Origin: Eledone cirrhosa
Lineage: Eukaryota
Length of the DNA stretch: 64,000 nucleotides
Assembly: GCA_964016885.1 (NCBI GenBank)
Contig: OZ024741.1
Coordinates: 391,158,001 to 391,222,000 of the forward strand
Direction of reading: 5' to 3'
The first letter of the stretch is position 1; each line of letters begins with the position of its first letter. The position numbers and the translations under genes are program-made. Below are positions 23,788 through 38,062 of this stretch, one piece after another. The notes below the pieces were generated by a model that saw only the letters and a program-made list of their open reading frames with translations, did not search any database and had not been told where the DNA came from.

Positions 23788-26700
23788 ATGACCTCACTCA
23801 GAATAGGCAGCATAAATGCGCGTGGCTTGGGATCGTCATGGAAGCAGGGCCACCTGCTCAACGACCTCAGGTCACTAAACATAGATGTAGTGGCCATCAG
23901 CGAGACCAGAATCTCCGAAGCACAGGCTTTCGCACCGATCTTCGGCGGCTACGATGTGTACGCATCTCCCAGCCGTCCGGGATCGGGGGGAGGAGTTGCT
24001 GTGCTTTTTCGGAGAGGTTTGGATCTTGCCATACGGGCCATCTTCCTGGACCCAGAAGGTAAGTTGGTGGTGCTGGACGTGACCAGCGGAGACAGGCAAG
24101 CTTTCAGGTTAGTGGCCGTCTATGCCCCGACAGGAGCAGGGCGGCCTGATTTCTTCCGGCGTCTGGAGACCTTTCTTGGAACGTCCCGCTCTTTAGTGTT
24201 AGTGGGCGACTGGAACGGGATCTTAGATGCACGCTGGGATTGTGTGGGATTAGTGGATAGGGAAGGAGGGTGCAAGAGTCTCACCAACCTGCTCAGACGT
24301 TTTGAACTGTCTGACAGGTACCGAATGGATTTCCCGAATGCACCAATGTGGACTTGGACAAATCGCATAGGGTCATCCAGATCATATCTAGATAGAGTAT
24401 TTTGTAGGGAAATAGATAGGTCTAGCATAGGCTGTCCACAATTCAAGATAGTCAGCTACACGGACCACAAATTCGTGATCTGTGTGCTTGACTTAGATAG
24501 GCTTCATAGACGAGGACCCGGCTACTGGAAGTTAAACGCGTCCTTACCAGCGCGCAAGGCCTACAGAGACCGGATTAGCGAACTAGTTAAGCGGGCGTTG
24601 ACGGGGGCCATCGTCAACAACAAGTGGTGGTTTGCTCTGAAAAGAGCAATTAGAATAGAGTCCATTAGGTTTAGTAAGACTTTAGCAATAGAGAAAAATA
24701 GAGCAGAGGGAGAATTAGTTAGAAAATTAGATGAGGCGCTTAGCAAAGGCATCGCGACCGACGTGCTTGCGGCGAAATTGGCCCTTGACCAATTCTTCAA
24801 TGCAAAGCACGAAGGCTGCGTTGTCAGAGCTAGGGTGCGTGCTCTCAGACACGAGGGGACGAAAGCCGTTCAATGGGCCCGAGTGGCGGAGGCGCGTCGT
24901 GGCAACAAAGCCACGATCCGGTCTTTGGTGGACCACGACGGGCGCATGCTACTCGATCCCGGGCAAATGTGTGAAGCTTTTCAGCGACACTTCGCTCAAC
25001 TGTTTGGGGGCAGTGGCGGGCCGGATCGAGGGATGGACTTTAGTGTCTACCTCGACGGACTGCAGCGGCTTTCGGCCACTGAGGCGGAGTGTTGCGAAAA
25101 GCCGATAACAACCGCTGAAGTACGGGATGCAATGACTAGTTGCACAAGGGGTAAATCGCCTGGTTTGGATGGTCTGCCCTATGAACTTTACGTACAAATG
25201 CCAAACTTGTTCGGAGGCCTCTTGGCGGACGTCTACTGCAACTGGCAACAGAACGGGAGAATTCCCAGCTCTGTGAGCCGAGGAGCGGTGGCGCTGCTGA
25301 GAAAGGATCCGAACAAGGGGGATAACATAGATAATTTTAGGCCCATAACTCTGCTAAACACAGAGTTCAAGATTTTGGCCAAGGTGCTAGCAAAGAGGTT
25401 GGCGCTTGTCGTTGGTGGTCTGGTGGGAGAGGCACAGACATGCGCCATTCCCGACAGATCCATCCACGACAACCTCCACCTCATGCGATACATCGTAGAG
25501 AGGGTAGCTAGGGAACCTGGCACGGGTGGGTCTTTGATCAATTTAGATCAGTCGAAAGCCTTCGATAGGGTCGACCATCGTTACCTAGCGGCAGTCCTGA
25601 GGGCGGCTGGCTTTGGGCCCGTCTTCAGAGGCTGGATCGCTGCCATGCACAGCGACATCTGCTCTGTAGTGAGAGTGAACGGTCACCTGTCGGAACCGTT
25701 CAACATCATGCGCTCGGTCCGCCAAGGATGTCCCCTCTCGTCCCTATTGTACGTATTGACTCTCGAGCCATTACTGCACAAACTGGAGACGTTGAGGGGG
25801 GTCCCGCGCGAACTAGGATGCGGAAGATCCGTGTCAGCATATGCCGACGATGTCACCGTAGTGGTGTCGAACGCCAAACACATCGAGGCGATCGGCACTA
25901 CACTAAGAGAATACGAAGCGGTGACAGGAGCAATGATCAACCAGGAAAAGTCAGTGGGCCTGCAGCTCGGCACCTGGAGAGGCAGGTCCATGCCGTCCAA
26001 CAGCGTCGTCGGGCGCTGGACGGACGGACCGGTTAAATTGCTAGGGGTCTGGTTCGGTCCAGACCTCCAGACGGACAAAAACTGGGACGAGGTGACGAGC
26101 AGGGTGGCTTCTCTCACCCAGAAATGGGCCGAGAGGAAGCTATCCCTGAAAGGTCGAGCGGAGGTGGCGAATGCGTACATCGCATCCGTCATCTACTACC
26201 GCCTGACCGTCGTACCTTGTCCTAAGCCCCGCCTGACTGCGCTGGAGCGTTTGCTCTTTCGCTTCTTGTGGAAGGGACGCGCTCCGATGGTCAGGCGGTC
26301 AATCTGCTGTCAACACCCGCTACGTGGAGGGCTGGGCATGCCGTGGCTGATGATGCGCAGACACGCGCTCAGGCTACGACATCTCCACCTCTTCCTCGAC
26401 GGTGATCAGGTGTGGTCGCCGTTTGCAAGACACGTTTTTCCCCAGCTCGTCTCCTTGACGGAGCTGCAGTCCTGGGTCAAGCGAAGACCGAGAGGGAGCG
26501 CTTGGAGACTGGAATGTCTTCAGGCGCTCACAGCCCTCGGCCAATCGGGCAATGTGATCGGCGGAAACTCCACCTTGGCGTTCTATAGGGGATTAGTGGA
26601 GGGGAAGAGCGACGACGTACTTGGAGAAACTCTAGGCGTCGACGAAAATCAACTAGCCAATCTCTTCGGAAGGACTTTCGGGCCGGGGCCTATGGACAAC

Positions 26701-27207
26701 TTCCAGAAATCCCTGGCCTGGCAGTGCTACCGAGGAGCTTTGCCAGTTCGGGATAAACTCTACAGGCATGGAGGTGCCGTCAGCCGGGCATGTCCGAGAT
26801 GCGCGCAGGGCGACGAAACCGTCCTGCACGCACTCGTTCAGTGTCCGAGCATTGCTGACTAGTGGGTTTATGTCGAACACCTGCTGTCACGTGTAGGACG
26901 AATCCAGCTATCAGCTGAGTCCATCGTGAGGATTGCCCCGCCCCCTTCCTTTAGCCTGGAAGGGCAGGCAGTTTTTATCTGTCTGGTGGCCATGGCGAAA
27001 GAGATAGTATGGTGGACACGTTTGAAAGGGCTGAAGACGAGCACTTACCTCTTCGGTGATGCCCTGATTAACTTTTTCAAATTTCATTTGAAAAGGAAAA
27101 TCAGGGTAGAGAGGGAAGTGCTCTCTTCCCAGCATTTTGTTGAAAGATGGGTGAGAGAAGCAAGTATGGCCCGAATGAATGGGCCTTCTCTGAGTATGTG
27201 TCTGTAA
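23788..27207 (+). pseudogene. Near-intact Tx1 ORF2 (APE-RT-zinc finger) with a single premature TAG at 26860-26862
   Basis: 1024-aa ORF continues in frame after TAG (TTG in copies B and D) to SLSMCL*. Confidence 0.95.
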
Positions 27208-27451
27208 ATTAAAGGTGGAAAACTGGGAGAGGGCACTTGCCCTGGTGGTCAGGGCCACTGTGGTCTTTTAATGGGCTTTCTCCACAAATGTCCCTTGGAA
27301 GTCTCCCCTCTATTGGGGAATTTTTCTTTGTTATTTTATTTCAACCTCTGTTTTTTTTTACACGCAGAAATGCCCATTTGTACCGTCCTGTATTGTCCTG
27401 TACTGTCCTTAATGTCTACTTTATGTGAACCCTTGTGGTTAATAAAGAAAA

Positions 27452-27485
<34 letters not shown>

Positions 27486-27697
27486 TTATCTATTATATAT
27501 AATCAAAGGTTTATTTTTAGACAACTCTGATTACTGAATGACAGTGAAATGCCGGATACCAGATTAGGCATGAATCAATCTATGACATTGAATATTGTCC
27601 GGCAATGGATTTAGACGTATTTCAGTTATGGTTATTAAATTATCAGGGGTTACCTCCTCTACTAGAGGTATAACTAATTAATAACTATCTTGTTGTT

Positions 27698-27699
<2 letters not shown>

Positions 27700-27791
<92 letters not shown>

Positions 27792-27807
27792 GTGTGTGTG
27801 TGTGTGT
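27700..27807. repeat. Compound (TA)n(TG)n microsatellite
   Basis: Direct reading. Confidence 0.95.
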
Positions 27808-28899
27808 AGTATATCTACGACTACGTTATCTAATATTTGAATCATGCCTTTTATTTATTGCAAAGTCCAGTCTCATATAATCTTTTACGGCCATTAAAAA
27901 AAAGATGAAATGATAAAATAATAATAAAATGCAATCAATCAGAAGATAGTTATTAATTAGTTTTACCTCACGTGCATGTGTGCGCGTGTATGTTAGTATG
28001 TGCGTTTGGCAGAGATTTGTGTATTGTGTGGTTGCATGTATTGGTGTGTGCACGTGCGCGCGTGTGTATGTGTGTGTGGGTGTGTGGGTGAGTGTGGATA
28101 TGGGTGTGTATAAGGGAGGAGTGGGATGGGATTTCGTATCTCGTACGGTCCGAGATGGGTTTTTGATTCCAAGCCGGTAAATCCAAAGTCAGAAATGTAG
28201 AGAAATGAATTGTGGGTAGTTACAGGAAATGTGAGGGTACATGTGAGGGTGTGTGTGGTGGGGGTGGCAGAGTTCTAAGGAAGAACTAGAGGACAGGGGT
28301 GTTATATTCACTGATATAGAGTGTAAGGGATGGAAGGAGTGTGTCGTGTTTGAGGGAGAGAGTCGGTGTGACAGAGTGAGCACCGTACCGATGGTGTGTA
28401 CGGGGGTCAATTGCGCGTGGGCGTGCTGGTCAGAGTGCGTGTGTATGTATGTGTATGCGTGCGTGAATGTGTATATGCATATGTGTGTGTGCGCGCGCGC
28501 GTGTTCATGTGCCGCCGCCTGTATTAGTGTATCCGTGTGCAGGTGTATGTGGGAGGGCGTGTTGTTCCGGGTGGTATGCGAGTGGATGCACATGCACACA
28601 TGTAATATTAGCTGGCTATGTGTGTTCGGAATCAACCACAAGTGATCGTGGTGGTTACTGTGTGGGCTAGCACGCGTACACGCACACTTACATATGCATA
28701 TGCACAGGCTAGTGTGTGGTGGGGTGAGTTAGCAGTGTCACTTGGTGTTAGTAGTAATAGGTGGAAACGGTGCGAGTGGTTGGGCCGCAGGGTTGGAGGG
28801 TAAGTGAGCACTTAAAGTGATCATATGCAGTTACTGAGGTGTGTTAAGGTATCCATGTGGTGGCATATGTGAATGGGTGTGCTGATGGAGATGTTCATG

Positions 28900-30200
28900 T
28901 GTGGAAGGTTGGTAGGTGAAGTAAATGCACTAGCTAGGGGAAACGTGGTGGTGGGTTTAGATTGTGGTGTTAAAGGATGCGGGAGAAAAAAAATAAAGTG
29001 CTGTTCCCTCATGTGGCGTGAGCCCCGGAGTCCGGCGCAAGCGACAAGGCCGACAATTGTGAGGTTGTACATGAAGTGTCGGGCGGAACAGAAATGTCGG
29101 GTGGTGGGAAACGGTCCGCACATGTCGGATGTCTCGGAGGTGCTCGACACATCTGTCCACTAAACGATGTTTTGCTAGTATAGAGGGCCTCACATAGTGT
29201 GCACTAGATCCCGTAAATGAAACTCGTGGCGGAGCAGCAGTAGGAGTCCCTAATGTGGAAAGTTCGGCCTGTGGATCGAGTGAGAATGGTGGTGTCGGCG
29301 AGGAAATGACAAGTGTAGCAGTGAGGTCGAGAGTAGCGGTGGGATTCGGGAAGCGAACTACGTAGTTGGGGCTCATTCATATGCCCATGGTAACTCCAGT
29401 TATCTGTTGGTAAACTACACTCGAGAAAGAAAAGCAATTGAGTGTAAGGACCAGCTCGTCAAGGCTGAGGGTAGAGATGGTGGGTTTAGGGTGAGGAGCG
29501 GAGGTCGAAAAGGTGTTGGAGGGCACGGAGGCTTTCAGTATGTGAAATGTTAATGAAGAGGGGTGTGATGTCGAGTGTGAAAAGGAAGGGCGTGGGCCGG
29601 GTGAGAGAAAAAGGAATCGAAGAAGTGGAGGATGTAGTTGGTGTTGGCGATGTGGGAGGAGTGGGAGGCTACTAGGGATGCGAGGGTGGAGTAGATGTAG
29701 GCAGAGATGAATTTGTGGGGCAATGGCAGGTGGAGACGATATGGCAGTCAAGAATGATGGTTTTTGTATATTGGGGAGGAAGAAGATAGTAGATGTGCGG
29801 ACGATGTGGCAGGTGGCGATGGATAGTAGGAGTGAGGAGGTGACGTCTTCGTGATTGGGGGAGGAAGCCAGTTTCTCATATTCTAGGGTGGTGTCGAAGA
29901 GTAGGGGTGGTAGAATAGGGGATTGTGGGGCTCACGTAGCATAATCGTTTTGTAGAGGTTTGCCCTCCTCACGACCAGGTTGCTAAACTGTCGGGACCCA
30001 CGCCCATTGTGATGGTCGTCGGCCCAATTGCTGAAAGCTGTCCGCATTATTCGGCGTGGGTGGAGTGCCATGAAAGTACGCCTGTACTTTCGTGCGGCAC
30101 AGGAACCTCACGGCGTCGGTGTGAGTGCGGAACTTGTCGCTGTAGTTTGTGTGGAGTACGAAGCGTAGACCTCTACCGAGGAGGGAACTTCGGGTTCAGA
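28900..30200 (-). mobile_element. Decayed Penelope-like element (RT and GIY-YIG end); boundaries approximate
   Basis: ELVLTLNCFSFSSVVYQQITGVTMG resembles the PLE RT motif; RHF...REQHFIF resembles the PLE GIY-YIG C-terminus. Confidence 0.7.
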
Positions 30201-30599
30201 GAGGGGAGGTTAGAGGTATAGTGATAACAAGTTATGGATTGGAGGGGGTTTAGGGTGGAATAGGTGGGGTTTGGGTTGGAGGTGTTGAGAACGGAATGGG
30301 TGGTGGGAGGAGAGTGTATTGTTGTTGGGGTGGGAGTGTGAGGAGTGGGGTTTGCACTGAGGGTGAGGAGAAGGAGGGAATTAAGTTCACGGTGCTTGTG
30401 TGTATATATACCTATCTGATACTTTCTCAAACCCGCGAAGACTAGGCTTTTTCAGAGGCGGCCTTTACTCGCCTCGTTATAGCTACATCATTGGGTTGTG
30501 AAAGTTTTCTTGGGAGCTACAGTGTCACCCATTGCTCAATCTCCCCTAGTAGTTTACCGCTGTTTGTCTGGAGTTGCCCGCTTATATCGCAACTAACCA

Positions 30600-32575
30600 G
30601 TCTAAATATTCTATTCTGGCAATGAAATCTCTATTATGAACAATTTCTTCCAGCACAGAGACATCTATAAATATACAGGGAATCGGAGACAGAGATCAAT
30701 AATTGATTTTGTTATTGTCTCTGATCTCTTCGATTCTGTGCTGGATTTTCGTGCTAAGATTTTCGTGCTGAGCTGTCAACTGATCACCTTCTAGTTATCT
30801 ACAACTTGAGACTACCTAAAGCCAAAGGAGCCCACGAAATTGGTAGGCCTAGGGCAACCTACATGATAAAGTGGGAAGTATTGGTGGATAACGAAGTCAG
30901 GACCAAGTATGCAGATACTATTACACCCGAATTCAGAGAACCCCCTGAGCGAATTGAGGACGTTGAGGCAGAATGAAGATTGTTCAGTTGAGCAGTACTT
31001 CTTCAGCTGTGAAATTCTGCGGGCGAAACAGGCTTGGTGTGGTGCCGGATGGCAAGAGGACCCCTTGGTTCAATCAAGAGATCAAAGATGGCATCCGAAC
31101 AAAAAAGAAGACCTACAAAGCTTGGCTTGGAAATAAATCCTCCTTCTTGCACTTGCGGTTCAAGCAGGCACAAAGAATCGCTGCAATGACAGTAAAGGCG
31201 TCCAAAGTTAAGTCATGGGAGGAATCCGACTTCAGATAAACAAATAAAGTGTTCTGATAGACCATCCGCCGACTTCGTAATATGAAGTCGACTTCCACAC
31301 CTACTATCAGAAACGCGCCTGGAGTTCTCTTTTCAGAGAGGTGCATCCACGCGAAGTGGAGAGAATACTTTGTTGATCTCCTAAACACGATCACAACAGC
31401 ATCTTCTGATGTAAACGAGGTGCATCTGGGAGTGGTGACTAATTTCAGAGGCTGAGGTCTCAAGAGCAGTTAAAGAGCTCAAATGTTGCAAGGCAGCTGG
31501 GGAAGATGAAATCCGGCCCGAGATGTTAAAATCCTTAAATAGAGAAGATTGTCTCTGGCTGACTCGTGTGTGCCGGGTGGCCTGGATCCCTGGAAAGGCT
31601 CCTAAGCAATGGCAGCCGGGCGTGATAATCCCAATTTTCAAAAAGGGGGTCAAGAGAGATTACTCCAATTACAGAGGAATCTCCTTGTTAATCCTACCCG
31701 GTAAAGTCCATGCTTGGTATCTAGCAAAAAGATGCAGGGAGATTGTTGAGTCCAAGCTAGCTGATGAACAGTGCGGTTTTCACCTAGGACGCAGCACAGA
31801 TAACAAAATATTCACACATATCTTCGAGAAATTGTGGGAGTTTTTCCAAGAGGTATACTCTTGTTTTGTAAACCGCAGAAAGGCATATGACAGCGTTCTT
31901 TGGGACCTGCTGTGGTAGGTTCTGCAGGAATATGAGGGCGCTTGTCAGATTCGTGTTGCTCTGATGTCTTTATATGCATTCCCGAGTATTTGTGTTCAGA
32001 TATATGGTGCTAAGTCGAAACCATTCAATGTGGGAGTTGATCTCTGCAAACGGTGCATGCTGTCACATCTGCTGAACAGGAGACATGAGCAGCCGAATTG
32101 GAAGTGATGTCACGACTGGCAGGTGTAAAATCAGTCGGCTACAGTTTGCAGACGATATGGTGTTACTTAACTCGACTTGCACTTGATAGGTTTGATGCCC
32201 AGTGCTGCATGGCTGAAATGAAAATCGAAACACTCGTCAGCTCAAGAAAGCGTGCATAGTGCATTCTATATGTAAATGAAGTTCCACTGAAACAGGCGAA
32301 GTTCAAGTAACTCGGGCCGTGTTTTCGAGTGATGAAAGGCAGGAGGCTGAATTAAGTGCAAGAATTTCAGGAGCTGGTGCAGTAATGCGTCAGCTTCAGC
32401 ATTCAGTAATCAGAAGAAGGGAGGTAGGTGTAAAAGCCAAACTCACTATCCTCAATTCGGTATTCATGCCAACCCTTACCTATAGCCATCAATCTTGGGT
32501 AGTGACCGAAAGAATTCGATCGCGAATACAAGCGACCGAAATGGGATTCCTCCGTAGGGTCTTTCGAGTAACTTG
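30600..32575 (+). mobile_element. Decayed RTE-clade LINE ORF (APE C-terminus + RT), truncated
   Basis: NNFFQHR..IDFV..STDHLLV; NYRGISLL..PGKV; EQCGF..GRST; QFADD; LTY..SW..TERIRSRIQATEMGFLRR. Confidence 0.8.
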
Positions 32576-32690
32576 CATATATATGTATATATGTATATAG
32601 GAAAAAGTATGACCCCGACAGCAGAGCTCAACACTTGTTTCAGATAAGAAATCTTGCAAAACAAATTTAAAAACGAAGTACACACACACA

Positions 32691-32753
<63 letters not shown>

Positions 32754-32884
32754 AAGGTTTACATATATACAATTGGTCTAATTGATTTTTTATATGGTTA
32801 ATTATGCTAATTGGGAGAGGAAACGGTATATATTTTATCTAGTGATTCTATAGACATGTTTTATGATATATATATATATATTTA

Positions 32885-32940
<56 letters not shown>

Positions 32941-33073
32941 TAGCAGAAGTACTTGGGCTACAGAAAATAAAGAAATTTCATTCAAAACTGTTTCTAGGGT
33001 ATATTTGAGACTTTTAATATACCTGTTTCTTTTATGTAACATATTTTTTAGTTGCAATATGATTTCATAATTT

Positions 33074-33149
<76 letters not shown>

Positions 33150-33680
33150 AAATTATGAAATCATAATATCTTATCGAGTTAAATAAAAAAAAAATTTTCA
33201 TATAAGACTCTCTCCATAAGTTCGTTAAATAAATAAATCTCGCTACCTCTATTTTTCAATTTACCATTTTGCAATATAATATTTTTAATTTAATTTATTT
33301 CATCCTATAACTCGCAACATAAGTTTAGCGTTCAATCTTCGGTTCACACATTAGACCATACAGACACCCACTATAGATTCTTTGGGTAGCATTTTTTTCG
33401 CGGCATTTTCTAACATGAATGTAGTTTGACCCTTACACTACACTTCTTTCTCCCTTTCTTTCTTTCTTTCTTTCTTCCCCTTCTTCTTTGACGGAGTGGT
33501 GGTAGTACATGATAGGCCTGTGCCCCCTTACCAGATATTCACTGGTAGTTTTCGGTTACCAACACTTTGAGGGCGGCTGGCTGTGAAGCTAGTTGGTCAG
33601 CCTCCCTCTCTGTCTCTGGTTTCCCGGACCCATGGTTTTTCGGACCCATGGCTTTTTACATATTCCTTTGTTATATTCCA

Positions 33681-33738
33681 ATACCTGATGATATCACCGG
33701 ATTCATATGGAACCCGGTCATTGAAATGATCATAGTAT
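33681..33738 (+). ncRNA. Putative type I hammerhead ribozyme (Penelope pLTR type)
   Basis: ATAC-CTGATGA-[31-nt stem II with ACCGG/CCGGT]-GAAA-TGATCA-TA-GTAT; palindromic stem III, 4-bp stem I. Confidence 0.65.
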
Positions 33739-33787
33739 AATAAACCTTTCAAGGATTTACACCAGACCAGCCTCCTGTTATTTCATT

Positions 33788-33808
33788 TATATATATATAT
33801 ATATATAC

Positions 33809-33904
<96 letters not shown>

Positions 33905-33919
33905 ATATATATGTATATA

Positions 33920-33977
<58 letters not shown>

Positions 33978-33992
33978 TATATACATATATAT

Positions 33993-34065
<73 letters not shown>

Positions 34066-34086
34066 TATATACATATATATACATAC

Positions 34087-34174
<88 letters not shown>
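33788..34174. repeat. ~390-bp (TA)n microsatellite with TG/CA interruptions
   Basis: Direct reading. Confidence 0.95.
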
Positions 34175-34179
<5 letters not shown>

Positions 34180-34345
34180 TAGTATATTTACCAACATATG
34201 CGTACAGATGTACACTAATGCTAGCAAATACATAAGTTATGTCATAGTACCTAGGTGGTTCAATGCAGGAGGATGCAGAACAATTATATGAAAGACGTAA
34301 AATAAGAAAATTTTAAAAATTAAAAATTAACTTACTAAAATTTTC

Positions 34346-34427
34346 ACTCCAACTAATTAGTTTCTGTAATGGGATAAAGATGGTTACGCAATGTAACCAT
34401 CGAGAATTCATTACGTCATCAGGGAGT
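34346..34427 (-). ncRNA. Putative type I hammerhead ribozyme with extended stem II
   Basis: Minus strand: ACTCC-CTGATGA-[51 nt: GTAATG/CATTAC plus GATGGTTAC/GTAACCATC]-GAAA-CTAATTAG-TT-GGAGT. Confidence 0.8.
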
Positions 34428-34761
34428 CTATTCTCAGCTAAGTCTCCAGGCAATGCGCGGACACTAGGGACTCAAAAAAAAATAATAATAATTCGGTGGA
34501 TGGAACAGCTAGCGGGGACTGAATTCCAAAGCACTGAAAAAGTTCACTGTCTCTGGTCAAAAGGCAGATTCTAAAGAATCAATCACGTGACGCTGAGGCT
34601 AGTCGGAAGGAGTGGGGTGGTAAAATGACAAAAGCCTACTACCACTACAATGAGTTAGTAGTGGATTTGGCAGGTTTGCTCTCAACAAATAAATAATTTG
34701 GAGATAAAATTTGAGTAAGTAAGTTAATTTTTTAATTTTTAAAATTTTCTTATTTTACGTC

Positions 34762-34935
<174 letters not shown>

Positions 34936-35015
34936 CAATACTGGAATTGAACCATCAATATATATATATATTAATTCAAAATATTAACAAAATAGATATT
35001 ATTGTGATCAATTAT

Positions 35016-35080
35016 ATTTTATTATACATATTCCAGAGGTACTGAGTTAAGTTCAACAGTACGTCCTCATCAGATAAAAT
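35016..35080 (-). ncRNA. Degenerate hammerhead ribozyme (GAAA core reads GGAA)
   Basis: Minus strand: ATTTTAT-CTGATGA-[GTACTG/CAGTAC stem]-GGAA-TATGTA-TA-ATAAAAT; 7-bp stem I. Confidence 0.55.
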
Positions 35081-35448
35081 AAAATGATACATGACATACT
35101 CTGACATATTAGATGGTTAAGATTTAGTCATGGTAGTGATTAACTTATGACAAAACTCAATATTTATACCCTAATATTGAGAAGATGAGATAACATAATA
35201 CAAACAATAGAGAGGGTGCGTGTAATATAGTTTAAGAGATACATGGCATCAATATAACAGTTATAAAATTTTTAATTTTAAAAACTACTGGAGAAAGAGG
35301 AGGGAAAGGAAAGCATGGAGGAAGAAACAGCTGATGTGATAATATATTTAGTAGGTGGCTTGAAAAAACGGATGAAAGATGGTTAAAGAGAGAGAGAGAC
35401 AAGGGGGAGTAATTTATGCTTAAGTTTATATATACAGATATCCATATT

Positions 35449-35780
35449 TGTAACACACGTCCAAAATAATATAGTTGGCGGTTAATTTTCAAAACATTTA
35501 ATTTAAGTTGGGGCGTGCTCGACCGGAAGAGTGCTTGATCGGAAGGGTGCTTGGCCGGAAGGGTGCTCGACCGGAAGGGCCAGCAGGTCGGCCTCTCTCT
35601 AGCGGTGATCAGGAACATGGTGGACGTCAGTTTTGCAGCTCCCGGTTAACGAGTTGGATTGTACGCACGTGGAAGAGGAGAAACCAGCCATGGGATTTAG
35701 CGCCGCCTGTAAAAAGCGGTAAGTGAGGTAGCTTTTTCTAACCACAAGCTATTTCGGCACTGGAAACTGAGATCTGATTG

Positions 35781-35811
<31 letters not shown>

Positions 35812-36930
35812 TTCTCGAAAACAAAGCTACTGGAAAAACAGAGAGGAGTCTGTTGTTTTTATTACTTACCGCAAGACAAAATTAGGACACGGCGACGAGA
35901 CTACGAATGAGCGGAGCGATTAGGGAATTTACCGGTGAAGGCGATGTTGTCGCTTGGCTGGGAAAAGTCCAGCTGTTCGCAAGCATACAGAAGATAGAAG
36001 ATGTGGCTGGCCTCATGGCGCTGTACCTCGATGGGGACGCGTTGGCACTCTTCCTACAGATGGATGAACACAGCCAAAGGGATGCGCAAAAGATAGAGAG
36101 GCGCATTATGGAAGCGGTCGCGGAGGGACCGCTTTTGCTAAGCTGGCAAGAATTAGATGGAACGGTGAACGCGTTGACATTTTCGCAGCAGAAATACGGC
36201 GATTGGCCATGTTGGCTGGATATCAGTGGAATGCGAACGCACGGTGCGGTTGGCGTTCATAAATGGATTTCCAGACGACATAGCGGTGAAACTGCAGCAA
36301 GTCCCGGGTTACAAAGAAATGGAGATGCATGCACTGGTGGAGCAAGCCCGCATCATAGCAGAAGACGCCAAGAAGAGTGTCGCGGCGATAGCAATTACAG
36401 AGGCGCAATGCAGCTGGCAGCGAAATGGTGAAAGGGAGGCAACCACGACACGCGGTCGCCCGCGAACGTTTAGAGGTCGCTGTTTTAGATGCCAATGGTG
36501 AGAGACTGTAGAGAGTCAAGGCCGGAAAAAATATGCTACCGATGTAAGCGACCAGGCCACATCGCTACTAGCTGCGACCAGGGAAACGATCCAAGGGGAA
36601 CTACTGCGTCGGTAGTTGCCCCTTACGAGTAGAGGCGCTGCCCGTGGTGAAAGTCTTCGTAAGGGGAAAACCACAGCGAGCCCTCGTGGACACGGCTGTA
36701 CGACGACACTGGTGACCGCGGGGTGGCGCAGAGATGGAGAAGGGAGTGCAGCGTAAGGGCAGTTGACGGTAGGAAAATTGAATGCCGAGGTCGCAATGAG
36801 GTGGAGATAGCGGTACGGGGAAGGAAAATAAGGCTTTCTGCCATCGTAGTCGACAACGTGGTGGATGGGATCGGCGTGGTTATGGGCATGGACGCAATTG
36901 GCAGTCTAGGAGGCGTCACAGTGAATAAAG
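35449..36930 (+). mobile_element. Ty3/Gypsy LTR retrotransposon 5' fragment: putative LTR, gag with zinc knuckles, aspartic protease; decayed and 3'-truncated
   Basis: TGTAAC start; gag-like FTGEGDVVAWL..LYLDGDAL; CFRC and CYRCKRPGHIATSC; ALVDT protease motif at ~36680. Confidence 0.75.
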
Positions 36931-38062
36931 TATCAACCGGCCTTATAACTAAACTTAAAGGAGTCCGAATTTTTAATTATATATATGTATCGCAAAATAA
37001 TTAATGTTTTATATCAATTATTTTCATTTAGTTGATATACACTATAAAGATATGTCAAAACTATATGAGTCCTAATGATAGGGGCTAGATAAAAAATAAA
37101 TATACAAATAAACGAAAATGAATTGTTTGCGACCCTTAATGGTGCCCAATATTAAAAATATATTATATTATATTATATTATACTATATTATATTATATTA
37201 TAAATGCAATAGGGTTTTAATATAGTATAGAAAAGATATATCTAAAATATTTTAGCGAATGCGATCTAAAGAGGAGCTAAATATTTGAAAAAGCCGAAGG
37301 TAATCTAAATTTAATTAAAATAAAGTAAAATAAAATAAAATAAAATAAAGTAAGTTAAATTAAATTATATTATATTATATTAAGTAAATGATTATATAAG
37401 TTCGACCTACCAGGGAATATCAAACACTTGTAACAATATAAAATCATATGAGTGTCTAAATTATTTATAAATGTAACTACGATTATGTTATTACACTAGA
37501 TAAAGATATTTGTACAACTATATAGAGATATTATTATAGGCATTAATAAAACGGTATACATTTAATAAAAATAATAATTATAATCATTATTAGTAATGCT
37601 ATAATTGTAGTTTTACCTCCAGTTCAGTGGAGAGATAGACCAATATTTGTCGGCTATTATGGTTTGTTATATTTATACCTAGATATACATAGAAAAACAA
37701 ATGCAAATCTAACTTTCTGAGTCCCCAAAACCCACTCAAAATGAGTAAAATATATAAAATATGTAAACGCATGAGTGATCTAAAGTTCAATTATAATCAG
37801 TAAATTTACAAGTTAAATATCCAAACTATATACTTAAAACAGAGACATATAAATAAAGATCTGAATCAAAATTATAAATATCCAAAAAATCATAAGGTAT
37901 GTATACTTATCAAGTAAACAAGGTATCAAACTAGTGTCCTTCATTCTAACATTAATTCTATCATAAATAATTAGAAGATAAAGCATTATTAAAGTTTTAT
38001 AAACCATTATGACTTTTATGTCCAACAGTTGATAAGAGACGTCAAAAATCAGGCCTGATTGT

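Larger units (their letters stand above)
21558..27452 (+). mobile_element. Full-length Tx1-type retrotransposon, copy E (same subfamily as D, head-to-tail with it)
   Basis: Same 5' and 3' termini as D, separated from D only by (TTA)n 21513..21557. Confidence 0.95.

Noticed and set aside
1511-27258. Recurrent antisense ORFs (e.g. MKNWSRANF..., MTDAMY..., MNCGQPML...)
   Set aside because: They recur only because the ORF2 copies are homologous; they are shadow frames with no independent motif.
27524-27655. Hammerhead-like CTGATAA...GAAATACGTC on the minus strand with a TGCCGGA/TCCGGCA stem
   Set aside because: The core is mutated and there is no convincing stem I next to the cleavage site; at most a decayed pLTR.
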